The notes beneath the pieces are model-generated. The model searched no databases and was not told the DNA's origin. It saw nothing but the letters and a program-made list of their open reading frames with translations. Below, piece after piece: positions 1 to 11,143 of a stretch of 64,000 nucleotides of DNA; within the stretch, counting starts at the first letter, position 1, and every line of letters starts with the position of its first letter. Made by a program: the position numbers and the translations under genes. This stretch comes from Mobula hypostoma (taxonomy: Eukaryota): NCBI RefSeq assembly GCF_963921235.1, contig NC_086097.1:228720001-228784000 (forward strand). The letters are read 5' to 3'.

Positions 1-190
1 TCAGGGAAGTAGTAAATAGTCTAGACTCTGTAGTTACACATAAGGATTTCAATCTGCTTTTCTTGAGCAGTAAGGACTAGGCAGTTTGTAGTACAGACTA
101 ATCCCTTCAATTTCCTGCATTACTCTCTACTACAGGTTCATTCAATGATACTTCATCAATCTGAGTTTTTAGCAGAAATCTTTAACAGCA

Positions 191-694
191 GAATCAGGAT
201 TAGAATTAGGTTAAATATCATTGGCTTACTGTAGGTCGTGAAATGTCTTGGCTTTGTGGCAGCAGTACAATGCAATACTTAACAGAGAAGGGAACTGTGA
301 ATTACAGTAAGTATGTATATATATTAAATAGTTTAATTAAATAAGCAAAGCAGCAATAGAAATAAAAAAAAGTAGTGAGGTAGTGCTCATGTGTTCAACG
401 CCCATTTAGAAATCAAATGGCAGAGGGGATGCAGCTGTTCCTGAATGGTTGACAGTGTGCCTTCAGGCTTCTGTACCTCCTTCCTGATGGTAGAAATGAG
501 AAGAGGGCATGTCCTGGGTGACGGGGGCCATCAATGATGCACGCCACCTTTTTGAGTCATCGCTCTTTGAAGATGTCTTGGATACTACTGAGGCTAGTGC
601 TCACGATGGAGCTGATTAACCTTACGACTCTCTGCAACTTACTTCGATCCTGTACAGTAGCCCTATCCACCCCTGTACCAGACAGTGATGCAGC
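191..694 (-). mobile_element. Rex1/Babar-type LINE, 3' fragment
   Basis: Minus strand matches the C-terminal ORF region and ...CCTGATTCT-type tail of the Rex1 copies at 23645-24234 and 49080-49954. Confidence 0.8.
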
Positions 695-1022
695 TTGTTC
701 TGGATTATACTGACTGTATCATGCCAATTAATTGTAGATAAAATTCTATACCTGTGTTTTGATAATTAGACCAACCTGATGAACAAATTAATTCAATGGA
801 ATTTTCTTAGTAATTTTCAAACTAATTGTGGAGTTGACTACACTTCCAAACACCAGGCCACTCATTTTTACCAGAGGAGAAAGAACTACAATCTTCAATC
901 ACATACTTCAATCCATTTTGCTGTGTAAAATGAAGCAACAGAATTCTGTTCTAAGTTAGGATGAAAGTAGATAGTCAGCCGAGCTTTGATGTTACCATTT
1001 CATAGTTGCTACCAACACTTTT

Positions 1023-1300
1023 AAAGATTAGCTTTATTTGTCATTTTACATTGAAACATCGAAGCATAGAGTGAAATGTGTTGTTTGTGTTGACAACCAA
1101 CACAGCCCAAAGATGTACTGGGGGAGGCCTGCAAGTGTCGCCTTGCTTGTGGCTCCAATATATCATATCCCCACAACCTGTGAACTCTAACCAGTACATC
1201 TTTTGGAATGTGGGAAGAAACTGGCACGGTCATGGGGAGAACATACTAACTCCTCACAGACAGCAGAGGAAACTGAATCCCGATCTTCTGCTACACAGCC
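1023..1300 (-). mobile_element. tRNA-derived V-type SINE with the alternative ('Y') 3' tail
   Basis: Reverse complement of the V-domain motif (TTTCTTCCCACATTCCAAAAGATGTAC) plus tail CATTTCACTCTATGCTTCGATGTTTC...GACAAATAAAGCTAATCT, shared with 61421-61753. Confidence 0.75.
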
Positions 1301-1419
1301 ATCCCACCTCTATGACACTTGAATTATTCTCCCTTCTATAAATCCTGGGTCCCTGATCCACAGCTGAAAAATGGCACTGGGAACTTTCAAAGCCCTTTGA
1401 CAGACTTTTCCCAAATAAT

Positions 1420-1697
1420 TGTGGTTCGCACAACGCCATTGCAGCTCAGGGTGTTGGAGTTCGGAGTTCAAATCTGATATCTGATGTCATCTCTAAGGAG
1501 TCTGTACGTCCTCCACGTGGAATGCATGGGTTTCCTCCGGGTGCTCTGGTTTCCTTCCACTGTCCAAAGACATGCTGGTTGGAAGGCTAATTGATCACTG
1601 TAAATTGTCCCAGGGGCTGAATCAAGAGTAGCTAGAGTAGCACGGCTCATAGGGCTGGAAAGGCCAACTCCATGCTGTGTCACTAAATAAATAAAAA
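1420..1697 (+). mobile_element. tRNA-derived V-type (HE1-like) SINE with CR1-like 3' tail
   Basis: B-box-like GAGTTCAAATC; V-domain GGGTTTCCTCCGGGTGCTCTGGTTTCCTTCCAC...CCAAAGACATGC; tail GGGCTGGAAAGGCC...TGCTGT...(TAAA)n. Confidence 0.8.
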
Positions 1698-1719
1698 TTA
1701 ATTACTAACTATCTTTATG

Positions 1720-2604
1720 GAATGAATCATGAGTGCTGTCCTTGAAGATCATGTGGGCACAGTCAGCATCGGAGGGAGGAATATCACAAACCTAAGATTT
1801 ACCGACGACATTGATGGACTTGCAGGAAAAGAGGACAAACTGGCCAACTTGGTCAGCCATCTTGACAGAGCCTCCACAAAGTTTGGAATGGAAATAAGTG
1901 CCGAGAAAACCAAGCTCATGGCAAATGCCAACGGTGCCATCGCAACAGACATTTCAGTCCACAGTCAGAAACTTGAGACAGTGCAGCAGTTCAAATACCT
2001 GGGGACAATCATCATCATCATCAGTGATGAAGGATCAAGACCAGAAGTCCTGGCAAGAACCGCACAGACAATGACTGCACTATCCAAACTCAAGACAATA
2101 TGGAGGGACAGCAACATCACCATGAAGTACAAGATCAGACTTCTGCGTGCATTAGTATTCTCCATCTTCCTGTACACATTTGAGACATGGACCCTCACAG
2201 CAGAGCTACAGAGGAAGATACAGGCATTGGAAATTAGATGCTATCGCAACATCTTGAGCATCTCATACTTGGACCACATCACAAACGAGCAGGTCCACAA
2301 GACCATCCAGCACCTCATTGGCCCCCATGAAGACCTTCTCACAACGGTGAAGAAAGGAAAGCTGAGTAACAAGATCCAGTGGCCTTGCAAAGACTGTTCT
2401 ACAAGGAACTGTGGAGGAGAGAAGAAGGAGAGGTAGACAGAGGAGAAGATGGATGGACAACATTAAAGAATGGACAGGGAAAACATTTGCGGTGACCCAG
2501 GCTCTGGCACACAACCGCAACAGATGGAACAGATTGGTGCAAAGCCTGTCATGATGGCGCCCAGACAACTCTACCAGGAGTTAAGGGCACAAGGCAAGGC
2601 AAGG
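1720..2604 (+). mobile_element. RTE-clade LINE, 5'-truncated (RT C-terminal half)
   Basis: ORF 1729-2436 contains NLRFTDDIDGLAG (degenerate FADD), GMEISAEKTK, FKYLG and ETWTL. Tail (CAAGG)3. 10-bp duplication TATCTTTATG at 1710-1719 and 2605-2614. Confidence 0.92.
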
Positions 2605-2842
2605 TATCTTTATGTAGTAGTAATCTCCAGACTTCAGACTTATTCATCTTGCGAAACTGAAGAAATGTTTCACTTTTTGCCCCAGTGAAAGGTATGGCTG
2701 AGTTTCTAAATGAACACTTTTCATCAGCATTCACACAGGCTTTGAGGACGGAGAACTGATTGAAGGAGTAGGTCTCCATAAATGAAGAGGAGGCACTCAG
2801 TGCCCTGGCAGGCTTAACAGTGGATAAATTTCCAGGGCCAAT

Positions 2843-3691
2843 GCAAGCAGGCTTTTTCAACTGAGCTTGGGTGAGAATAGAACATAGAATAGTACAGCAC
2901 AGTACAGGCCCTTCAGCCCACAATGTTGTGCCAACCCTCAAACCCTGCCTCCCATATAACCCCCCACTTTAAATTCCTCCATATAACTGTCTCGTAGTCT
3001 CTTAAACTTCACTAGTGTATCTGCCTCCACCACCGACTCAGGCAGTGCATTCCACGTACCAACCACTCTCTGAGTAAAAAACCTTCCTTTAATATCCCCC
3101 TTGAACTTCCCACCCCTTACCTTAAAGCCATGTCCTCTTGTATTGAGCAGTGGTGCCCTGGGGAAGAGGCGCTGGCTATCCACTCTGTCTATTTCTCTTA
3201 TTATCTTGTACACCTCTATCATGTCTCCTCTCATCCTCCTTCTCTCCAAACAGTAAAGCCCTAGCTCCCTTAATCTCTGATCATAATGCATACTCTCTAA
3301 ACCAAGCAGCATCCTGGTAAATCTCCTCTGTACCCTTTCCAATGCTTCCACATCCTTCCTATAGTGAGGCAACCAGAACTGGACACAGTACTCCAAGTAA
3401 ATCAGAGGTCCAAGAATCTCCGAGAATCAGAAGACTAAAAGGTGAAATGTTTAAGGGTAACGTGGGGGTGGGGGAATATCTTCATTCAGAAGGTGGTGAG
3501 AGTGTGCAATGATTTGCCAGCGCAAAAGGTGGATGTGGGTTCAATTTCAACATTTGAGAGAAATTTGGATAGGTACATGGATGGGACGGGTATGGAGTGC
3601 TATGGTCTGGGTGCAGGTCGAGGGGAATAGGCATAATAGTTTGACATGGACTAGACAGGCCAGAGAGGTTGTTTCCGTGGTATAGTGCTCC
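2843..3691 (+). mobile_element. CR1 3' fragment (same subfamily as 47790-48192), interrupted by a young CR1
   Basis: GCAAGCAGGCTTTTTC...GGGTGAGA resumes after 3397 with AAAGGTGAAATGTTTAAGGG...TTCAGAAGGTGGTGAGAGTGTG. Confidence 0.75.
2877..3397 (-). mobile_element. Young CR1 LINE 3' end
   Basis: ORF 2938-3396 EYCVQFW..LERVQRRFTRM..RGDMIEVYKI..FFTQRVV; tail CTATTCTATGTTCTAT. Confidence 0.95.
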
Positions 3692-4362
3692 CTGTCCAGA
3701 AGGAATTTATCCTAGGCTGCCTTTGGGAAACAAGGGAAGAGGTGGCTGGGGCCTTTGGTTGAGATTTCTAATTTCTCACTGACACAGGCAGGTACCAGAT
3801 GACTGGAAGACAGAAAGAGTGGTTCCTTTTTCTTAAAAAAAAAGCAGCAGACAAAACCTGATGACTACAGTCCTGTGAGCCCAACACCAGTGGTAGGGAG
3901 GATACTGGAAAAATTTCTGATGGAGGAGATTAATGATCACCTGGAAAGACAGGAACAAATCAGACAATCCAATGGCTTTGTCAAGGGTAGACAAATTAGA
4001 AGTGAATTCTTTGTAAAGGGAACAAAGTGCATCAATCAGGGCGGGTCAGTAGATGTGATTTACATGGACTGCCTTTGGTAAAGCCTTTGAATGAGGTCCT
4101 ATGTGGAAAGTGGTTCAGAAGTTTGGGGCCCATGAGAACCAGGCCAAATTGGGAAAATGGATCCAAAATTGGCTTGGTGATTGGAGTCTTGTGACTAGTG
4201 GTGTCCCACAGGATTGGTGTGGATGTGGGACATCTGAGGAGTAAGCTTGCATACGATACAGAAATTGGCAGAATTTTCAGTAGTATGGAAGTTAGCTTTA
4301 GAATACAGAAAAATATTGGTGCATTAGTGAAATGGACTGAATCTGAAGGATGGAGCTTAGTC

Positions 4363-5165
4363 AAGATGGTGCTAAACAGTGACTCTTTTGCTTGCATCTT
4401 CGGAAACAGCTCTATTTCCATCTTTAATATCTCTATTTTTCCCTTTCAGGGTTCTTTTGAAGACCCTGACCTTGAGCTATACTCTGACCTCAATTCTTTG
4501 TGGGAATGGGACCCACTCTCGGGGTTTCACGACTGGCCGTTATCCGACATGCCAAGGGCGCGGCCTAAGAGCTCGGCTCATCTTTGGAGGCCTAGGATCT
4601 CGGGACTCTGGAGATAAGCAGATCAAAGGTCGGTGTCCTGACTGACCGGCGTGTCATGGAAGCCAGAAGATCTTTGGCTGGGTGCCCAGAGACCTGAGAT
4701 CTTTGGGCATAGAGCTCGGAAAAAGCGAGGCAACAGACTTTTAACATCGTAGAATCAGCCAGTTGTTTGTTATGTCTCCCCTTTCGCTGTGAAACAGAGA
4801 CATCGCTTTTTCCCTTATTAAGGAGAGAGAGAGCCTGTGGTAGTCGAATGCCGGGTGAACAATATAGTCTTCGGGTACTGCAAGTCTGTGTCTTTGCTGT
4901 TGCTTTTGCTGCACGTTTGAGTGCTCAGTGGTGGGTGCGGATGCTTTTTTGCAGGTGGGGGGAGGGGGGATCGTTGCTCGCTGCCGCTTACGTGCGGGAG
5001 GGAGGGCAGCTGGGGGGGACTTTGGGGTTCTAACATTTAACTGTCATTCATTCTTTGGGGCACTCCTCTGTTTTTGTGGATGGTTGCGAAGAAAAAGCAT
5101 TTCATGACGTATATTGTATACATTTCTCTGACATTAAATGTACCTTTGAAACCTTTGAAATGACA
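4363..5165 (+). mobile_element. Non-coding, non-autonomous retroelement ('Z'), ~800 bp
   Basis: Starts AAGATGGTGC and ends (ACCTTTGAA)2. Flanked by GATGGAGCTTAGTC (4349-4362) and GACGGAGCTTAATC (5166-5179). It interrupts a CR1. Confidence 0.75.
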
Positions 5166-5195
5166 GACGGAGCTTAATCCAGACAAATATGAGGC

Positions 5196-5621
5196 GAACA
5201 CGAGGAATTCTGCAGATGCTGGAAATTCAAGCAACACACATAAAAGTTGCTGGTGAACGCAGCAGGCCAGGCAGCATCTCTAGGAAGAGGTACAGTTGAC
5301 GTTTCTGGCCGAGACCCTTTGTCAGGACTAACTGAAAGAAAGGCTAGTAAAAGATTTGAAAGTGGGAGGGGGAGGGGGAGATCCAAAATGATAGGAGAAG
5401 ACAGGAGGGGGAGGGATGGAGCCAAGAGCTGGACAGGTGATTGGCAAAAGGGATATGAGAGGATCATGGAACAGGAGGCCCAGGGAGAAGGAAAATGGGG
5501 GGGGGGGGGGAACCCAGAGGATGGGCAAGGAGTATAGTCAGAGGGACAGAAGGAGAAAAAGGAGAGAGAGAGAAAGAATGTGTGTGTATAAATACACACA
5601 TATGTAGATAAACTCATATAT
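5196..5621 (-). mobile_element. Penelope-like element 3' end/pLTR with degenerate hammerhead
   Basis: Reverse complement matches the region downstream of the GIY-YIG stop at 63778+. 11-bp TSD AAATATGAGGC at 5185-5195 and 5622-5632. Confidence 0.88.
5293..5330 (-). ncRNA. Minimal type-I hammerhead ribozyme motif (degenerate)
   Basis: TAGTC-CTGACAA-A-GGGT-CTCG-GCCA-GAAAC-GTC-AACTG: CUGANGA core (G8 mutated), helix II, GAAAC-GUC. Confidence 0.7.
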
Positions 5622-6689
5622 AAATATGAGGCAATTCATTTTTGAGACACATATGGGGAAATGACATGTGCTATGAATGGTGGGATCTCAGGGTGTATTG
5701 AGGACAACAAGAGACCTTGAAGTCCATATATTCTGGAAGGTTGCAGTTTCAGATAGATAACCTGCTTAGAAAAACAGTGGGATATTGGCTTTCTTGAGGC
5801 ACTGAATACAGAAGTAGGAAGGTTATGCTCCAATTTAATAAAACTTTGGTCAGATATTAGCTGGAGTACAGTGTCACAGATGTCTAGGAGGGATGTAATA
5901 ACACTGAAGAGGTTCGGAGGACATTCACCAGGATGTTGTCTGAGATGGAGCAGAAGACACTAGGTCTGTTTTCCTGGAGTAGTCTTGACCTCACATGAAT
6001 TTAATTGCTTTACTTTTGTTGGCTTTGCATTTATCTCCAGATACAGTGTTCACTTACCCTAAACTAATTGGCCTCTTCACCTTCATTTGTTACTGTTCCT
6101 TCAATTAGACTATCCTATCTACTGAAACTAATCATAATTTCAAATTTAAAAATTTCCTGTGATGTAACATGGAACATTTTTCTGAGCTATGTAGATATTG
6201 TATAATAAGAGCTGCAGTAAATTGTATCCAAGGTAAACAGTGTGTCAAAGAGCTATTTTATGTACAGCAGGTCTGTTGCTGTGTTATCTGAATGTTAGCC
6301 TCATGGGTATTTTTAGTACTGTTGTCCTAACCCCTCTTGGAAAGTAGAGATCAACCTATGAAGATGAAATGGGTGTCCTGTGATTTTAATCAGTGCAGTG
6401 CATTGCAGTTTCTGTACAAAATTCAGCCTTGGAGGATGACAGACCAAGGAAGTCTGAATAGATTTTATTGTTCTTGAGAGCCTCTTTTGAACCATTTCCA
6501 CCTAGTTATCTGAATGCCAATGACTGTTTCATGGGAACCTGAGCAAAAGACTCCTACTGATCCATATTCACCCACACTTGCCAGCCATTTATTTTGGGCA
6601 AGAAATTATGGAAGTATGTGGCAAATGAAAAACATTCCAAAGGCATGTACAAGATCAGGATGTGTCTGCTGTCTATTTTTTCTATTTTC

Positions 6690-6690
<1 letters not shown>

Positions 6691-6733
<43 letters not shown>
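6691..6733 (+). repeat. (AC)n microsatellite
   Basis: About 21 perfect AC units. Confidence 0.98.
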
Positions 6734-6734
<1 letters not shown>

Positions 6735-7784
6735 CCCTCTTGAGCTGAAATACAGCCGGAGTTTATTGCTATTAAATCACTGTTTTTATGGGTATACTCA
6801 TGCACGGTGGTAAGACAAACTAAATCTCACATTAAACATTTCTGTGGAATTCTGACTAACTTCTTATGTAAGGCTTCCCAGAAATTTTGCATACTTTTAA
6901 AATGTTTCCAATTTCATTGAAAAAGTCTGACGGATGGGTTTTCCACATGGTAATAATTTTTTTTTTTCCAGAGCAATGAACCAAATTCAGCCAGCCAACA
7001 CAGAAGGTCGGGTGATTTCAAGTGCAAACTACCTCCAGTGCAGTTGGAAATTCTCTGATCATTTGCACCATTTTAAAAGACATCAATCTAGAAAGCTGCT
7101 CCACCCAGAAAAAGGGATATGCTCTCAGTGAAATTAATCAGCAAGTCAAATTTCCACTAATTAAAATGATTTGAGGGCCTTCAAGAAGCCTGAATAAATA
7201 GGTCTGTATAATTTCAAGATCATTTTGATATTGAAAGTCAGGTTATTAATACATAGGAAAACTAGATATTGATAAAAAAACATATTTTATGGTCTAATTA
7301 ACCTGCATGATAATGTCATATATCAAAAATGCCCTTCAAAGAAAAACAGTTTAAAAATGCTTTTCCTATATTTTATATTCAGTGATATTTATAGAACATG
7401 CTGAGTGCATACACATTTTTAAGTGCTGTTTATCGCACATATTATGACCTTTGATGCATTCTTGTATCAGCCACTGCTGTTGGGTGGGTATTGTTCACCG
7501 TCAATACGGGATAGCTGACAAGAAGCTCAAACCTGTTATTAGGCTTATTAAACAGAAATGGGTATGAAATGACCAATGCTACATTGGTTATGGATTCAGG
7601 CTGAGGATGGATATCATTACTGAGGATGTAACAAGGCAGTGACCAAGGATAAGTGGAGGGAGAAGGGGGTTCTCGAGATAAAATTGTAAGGGTGGCAGAT
7701 ATACTGGAATGGTAATCAAATAATCAAAGCAGATATTCTAGGTGGTTACAATTTTAATTCTTCAGTAACATACTGGAAATGTTA

Positions 7785-8090
7785 AGCACTGTAGGAAGTG
7801 CAAACTTTTGAGGAAAAATTTAAATTAAGGCTTTAATGTTAAATGAGAACAAAGGGCTCACAATATAATTCTGCAAAGAGCAGGCAATTCTCATGTAATC
7901 CTGATTTATGTTTATCTTTCAATTAATCTCAATAAAACAATTTACTTGAACACTTCAAACCTCTTGTGAAGCCTTTTCTGTGTAAAATGACAAATACAGT
8001 GGCAATTCTACTTCAAGTGTATAACAATGAAGTAATTTTGAAGACTTGAAGTATGCAAAAAACAATTTAAACATAACTTTCTTTCTTTCA
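7785..8090 (+). mobile_element. Very old Deu-domain (SacSINE1/AmnSINE1-like) SINE remnant
   Basis: Degenerate resemblance to remembered Deu motifs (GCACTGTAGGAAGTGC...AAGAGCAGG..TTCTC...TTTATCTTTCAA...CTACTTCAA) and a TTTCTTTC tail. Confidence 0.4.
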
Positions 8091-8398
8091 AATATACAAA
8101 AAACATGAAGATGTATATCCAATTAGCAATAGCTAGTTTCTTCATTTCTCAGATACCTCTCAACAGAAACTTAATCTCTCAGGTTAAGCACGTCTTCCTG
8201 GTTGACTTCTTAGGTGAAGAGTGTTAGGGCATTTTTTGCGTTTAGCACATATAGCAAATGACTTCAGCAATTAACTTCAACCAGCGATCTCCAGATCTGA
8301 ATATGGACTGCAGATTAAATTTAAAATGCAGCTCTGAACAATAGGTTCCTAAAAGCCATGAACCACAGTTACTTGGAAGACTGGACAATGCTGATTTA

Positions 8399-9369
8399 CA
8401 GTGCCTATAAAAAGTATTCATCCCCCTTGGAAGGCTTTATGTTTTATTGTTTTACAACATTTAACCACAGTGGATTTAATTTGAGTTTTTTTACACTGAT
8501 CAACAGAAAAAGATTTTTGCGTCAAAGTGAAAACAGATCGCTACAAAGTGATATAAATTAATTACAAATATAAAACATAAAATAATTGATTGCATAAGTA
8601 TTCAACCCCTTTAATATGACACACCACATCATCACTGGTACAGCCAATTGGTTTTAGAAGTCACATAATTAGTTAATCTGCTTTTGGAGACCTATGTACC
8701 ATCTGACAAAAACTCTAAGCCCGTACATCTGCCTAGAAAAGGCCGTCCTCAAAAACTGAGCGACTGTGCAAGAAGAGGACTAGTGAGGGGGGGCCACCAA
8801 GAGACCTATGACAACCCTGGAGGAGTTACAAGCTTCAATGGCCAAGATGGGAGAGACTGCACGTACAACAACTGTTGCCCAGGTGCTTCATCAGTTGCAG
8901 CTTTATAGGAGAGTGGCAAAGATAAAGCCACTGTTGAAAAAAAAGCTCACATGAAATCTCAGTCAGAGTTTGCCAGAAGGCATGGGGGAGATGCTGAAGT
9001 CAGCTGGGAGAAGGTTCTATGATTTGCTGCAGTGTGTCCAAGGTGAATAGTGTGCTGAAGAGCTATTTTATGTATAGCAAAAGAAAGGGAACATTGCGGT
9101 GTCCAGATGTGCAAAGCTGATAGAGACCTATCCACACAGACTCAAGCTGTAAAGGCTGCCAAAGATGCATCTACTAAATACTGACTTGAAGGGGGTGAAT
9201 AATTATGCTATCAACTATTTTGTGTTTAATAATTGTAATAATTTTAGAGCAGCTTGCAGAAATTTGTTTTCACTTCAACACAAGAGTCTTTTGTTGATCA
9301 GTGTCAAAAAAGCCAAATTAAAACAATAACACATGAAAACTTCCGGGGGCGGGGGGAGGATGAATACTG
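8399..9369 (+). mobile_element. Internally deleted Tc1 DNA transposon (IR/DR type)
   Basis: TA-CAGTG...CTG-TA termini; ~200-bp imperfect TIRs with inner repeat AAGTATTCA.CCCCTT; remnants of GRPQKLS, PLLKK and RCAKLIETYP..ASTKY*. Confidence 0.9.
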
Positions 9370-10662
9370 TAAATTTGTTTGTTGTCTGTAGCATGAGTGC
9401 AAAAAGGGAAGTGCAGAGATTGTGTGTAGTTAAAAGAAGCACTGTGGATGCATTGTAAATATGGAATTGTCCTTTGATCTTTAGCATATAAAATGTTGTG
9501 TTGTGTTGGGTCAAGCAGACCTATTCCTCTGAAAGGGTCTCAATATGTCGAACAAAGTGACGACTTCATATCTACCAGCTAAGCTCCATGACTTGGTTCA
9601 CACTACAACAAAGAACGTATTATTCAGTAATTTCCTCAGACCATTGTCTATTCATCTGACAGTTTTTCTCAGCTTCTCTACCTTTAACTCTCCTGAAAAA
9701 TACTTTCAATGCTACATTTTCAGTGTCAGGACAGGCAGCTTCTCATTAGCTGTCATTGTCAGTATTCCAGACACTTTCTGTTTTTACCCCAAGCACCAAA
9801 CAGATTTGTACACAATCCCAGCAATAAATCTTCAAACTTATTCATGCAAGGTAATAGCACTCTCAAGTAATTTGTCTTAAAACATCTGTCCAGATCTGTA
9901 CCTTATGTGATTTAAGATTTCCCTTACATATCTGTAAACACTGCAAAGTCTTCTCTTTAACCTTCCACCTGGAATGGTCAATTTTATATACTAACCTATG
10001 GGAGCTTTTCAATGTTTTTTTTAAAAATACATCATTTGCCCTGAAGGATTGGATGCCTGTTTTAACCACCTTCTAAATCTTGCCACAATTTCAAGCTGAA
10101 TACCTTATCCTCTTCAATTTATTTTTTAAGGCTGCATGAACAAATTCATTAAATCCATTACTTTGTTTCTTAACATTCCCATCAGCTTACCATATTAAAT
10201 TGAGTGGAATTCTGGCTTTGCAGTCATGAAATCTAACAGCTAACCCAATTATCAGCAGCAAATTACATTAAATTCGACTCAGTCATCTGACACAAAGTCA
10301 GCACTCTCACATTTGCAAAACTGAAAGCAAATGACGCCGCGACCCAAGATACTCTCTCTCAAATATAAAATAACGCCAAGAGTAAAATTAATTGAACAAT
10401 AAAATTTTACGTTTACTGGGAGTCCTGAACAAATGACTGCTTATGTGTTGTCCCAATCTTCAAACACTGATGTTTTTTTTTATGTATCACAACATATTAC
10501 GTTCTTATAGTTCATCGTATGTAGGAATAATAATGGTAATTTCCACAGGCACATTTGGACAAAATGGGACATTGATCTACATTTTGTGCAGATAGGTGAG
10601 AGATTGACAGCAGTGAAGTCTACGGATCAAATTCCTGGCTTGGAGCTCAGTCACCTGCAGGC

Positions 10663-11143
10663 ACAGATTCATATTTATTCATCAAAACATACAGTGGAAT
10701 GCATCATTTGTGTGGATGATTGATGATTGATGATTATGCTCATCACCCCTACTGGGCAAAGACGCCAACAGCAGCTCACCTGAGTTCTCTGTCATGGGCC
10801 ATTCTTTTGAGTTGTCCTCAGGTGCAGCCCATCTTCTTGGTGCATCCTTCCTCACCCAGGGATGAGGTCTCTGGAGATTGTGTTGGTGTTTCTGTAGCTC
10901 GGGGTTTTTACGGAATGGGGTTCCTTACCCCATGCCCAGCCCTCCTCGCAGCCAGGTTTGGGACTGTCCACGGTGGAGATCTGGCACCAACATAGCATGC
11001 ACCCACAATACTCGGTAGAACAGCACGGAACGTATTCCCTTGAAACAACAACAGCAAAACAAGCCTCTTTCCTCCCACTCACACACCTTGATGACAGTCC
11101 TCCAACTCCAGGACAGGCCCCCAGTCTCCAGGCTTTGGCCATA
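10663..11143 (-). mobile_element. Non-autonomous retroelement 'Y' (3' part), interrupted by an RTE derivative
   Basis: Reverse complement matches 28600-28660 and 29040-29210 (GCTATGTTGGTGCCAGA ... ATGCATTCCACTGTATGTTT ... AATAAAT). Confidence 0.65.
10715..10980 (-). mobile_element. Bipartite non-autonomous RTE derivative
   Basis: RTE 5'-region motif GGGCTGGGCATGGGGTAAGGAACCCCATTCCGTAAAAACC joined to an RTE-like 3' end (AGAATGGCCCATGACAGAG...) and an (AATCATC)n tail. Confidence 0.65.

Larger units (their letters stand above)
2690..5985 (+). mobile_element. Old CR1 LINE ORF2, split by four nested insertions (pieces ~2690-2842, 3692-4362, 5166-5195, 5633-5985)
   Basis: Degenerate motifs AEFLNEHFSSAFT, DKFPGP, YSPVSPTPVVGRILEK and VDVIYMD continue collinearly across the insertions. 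Confidence 0.8.

Noticed and set aside
4198..5033. ORFs spanning the CR1 and element Z
   Set aside because: They cross insertion junctions and have no recognisable motifs.
8153..8182. Possible 30-nt plus-strand microexon
   Set aside because: Good acceptor but weak donor (GTTAAG); no supporting neighbouring exons.
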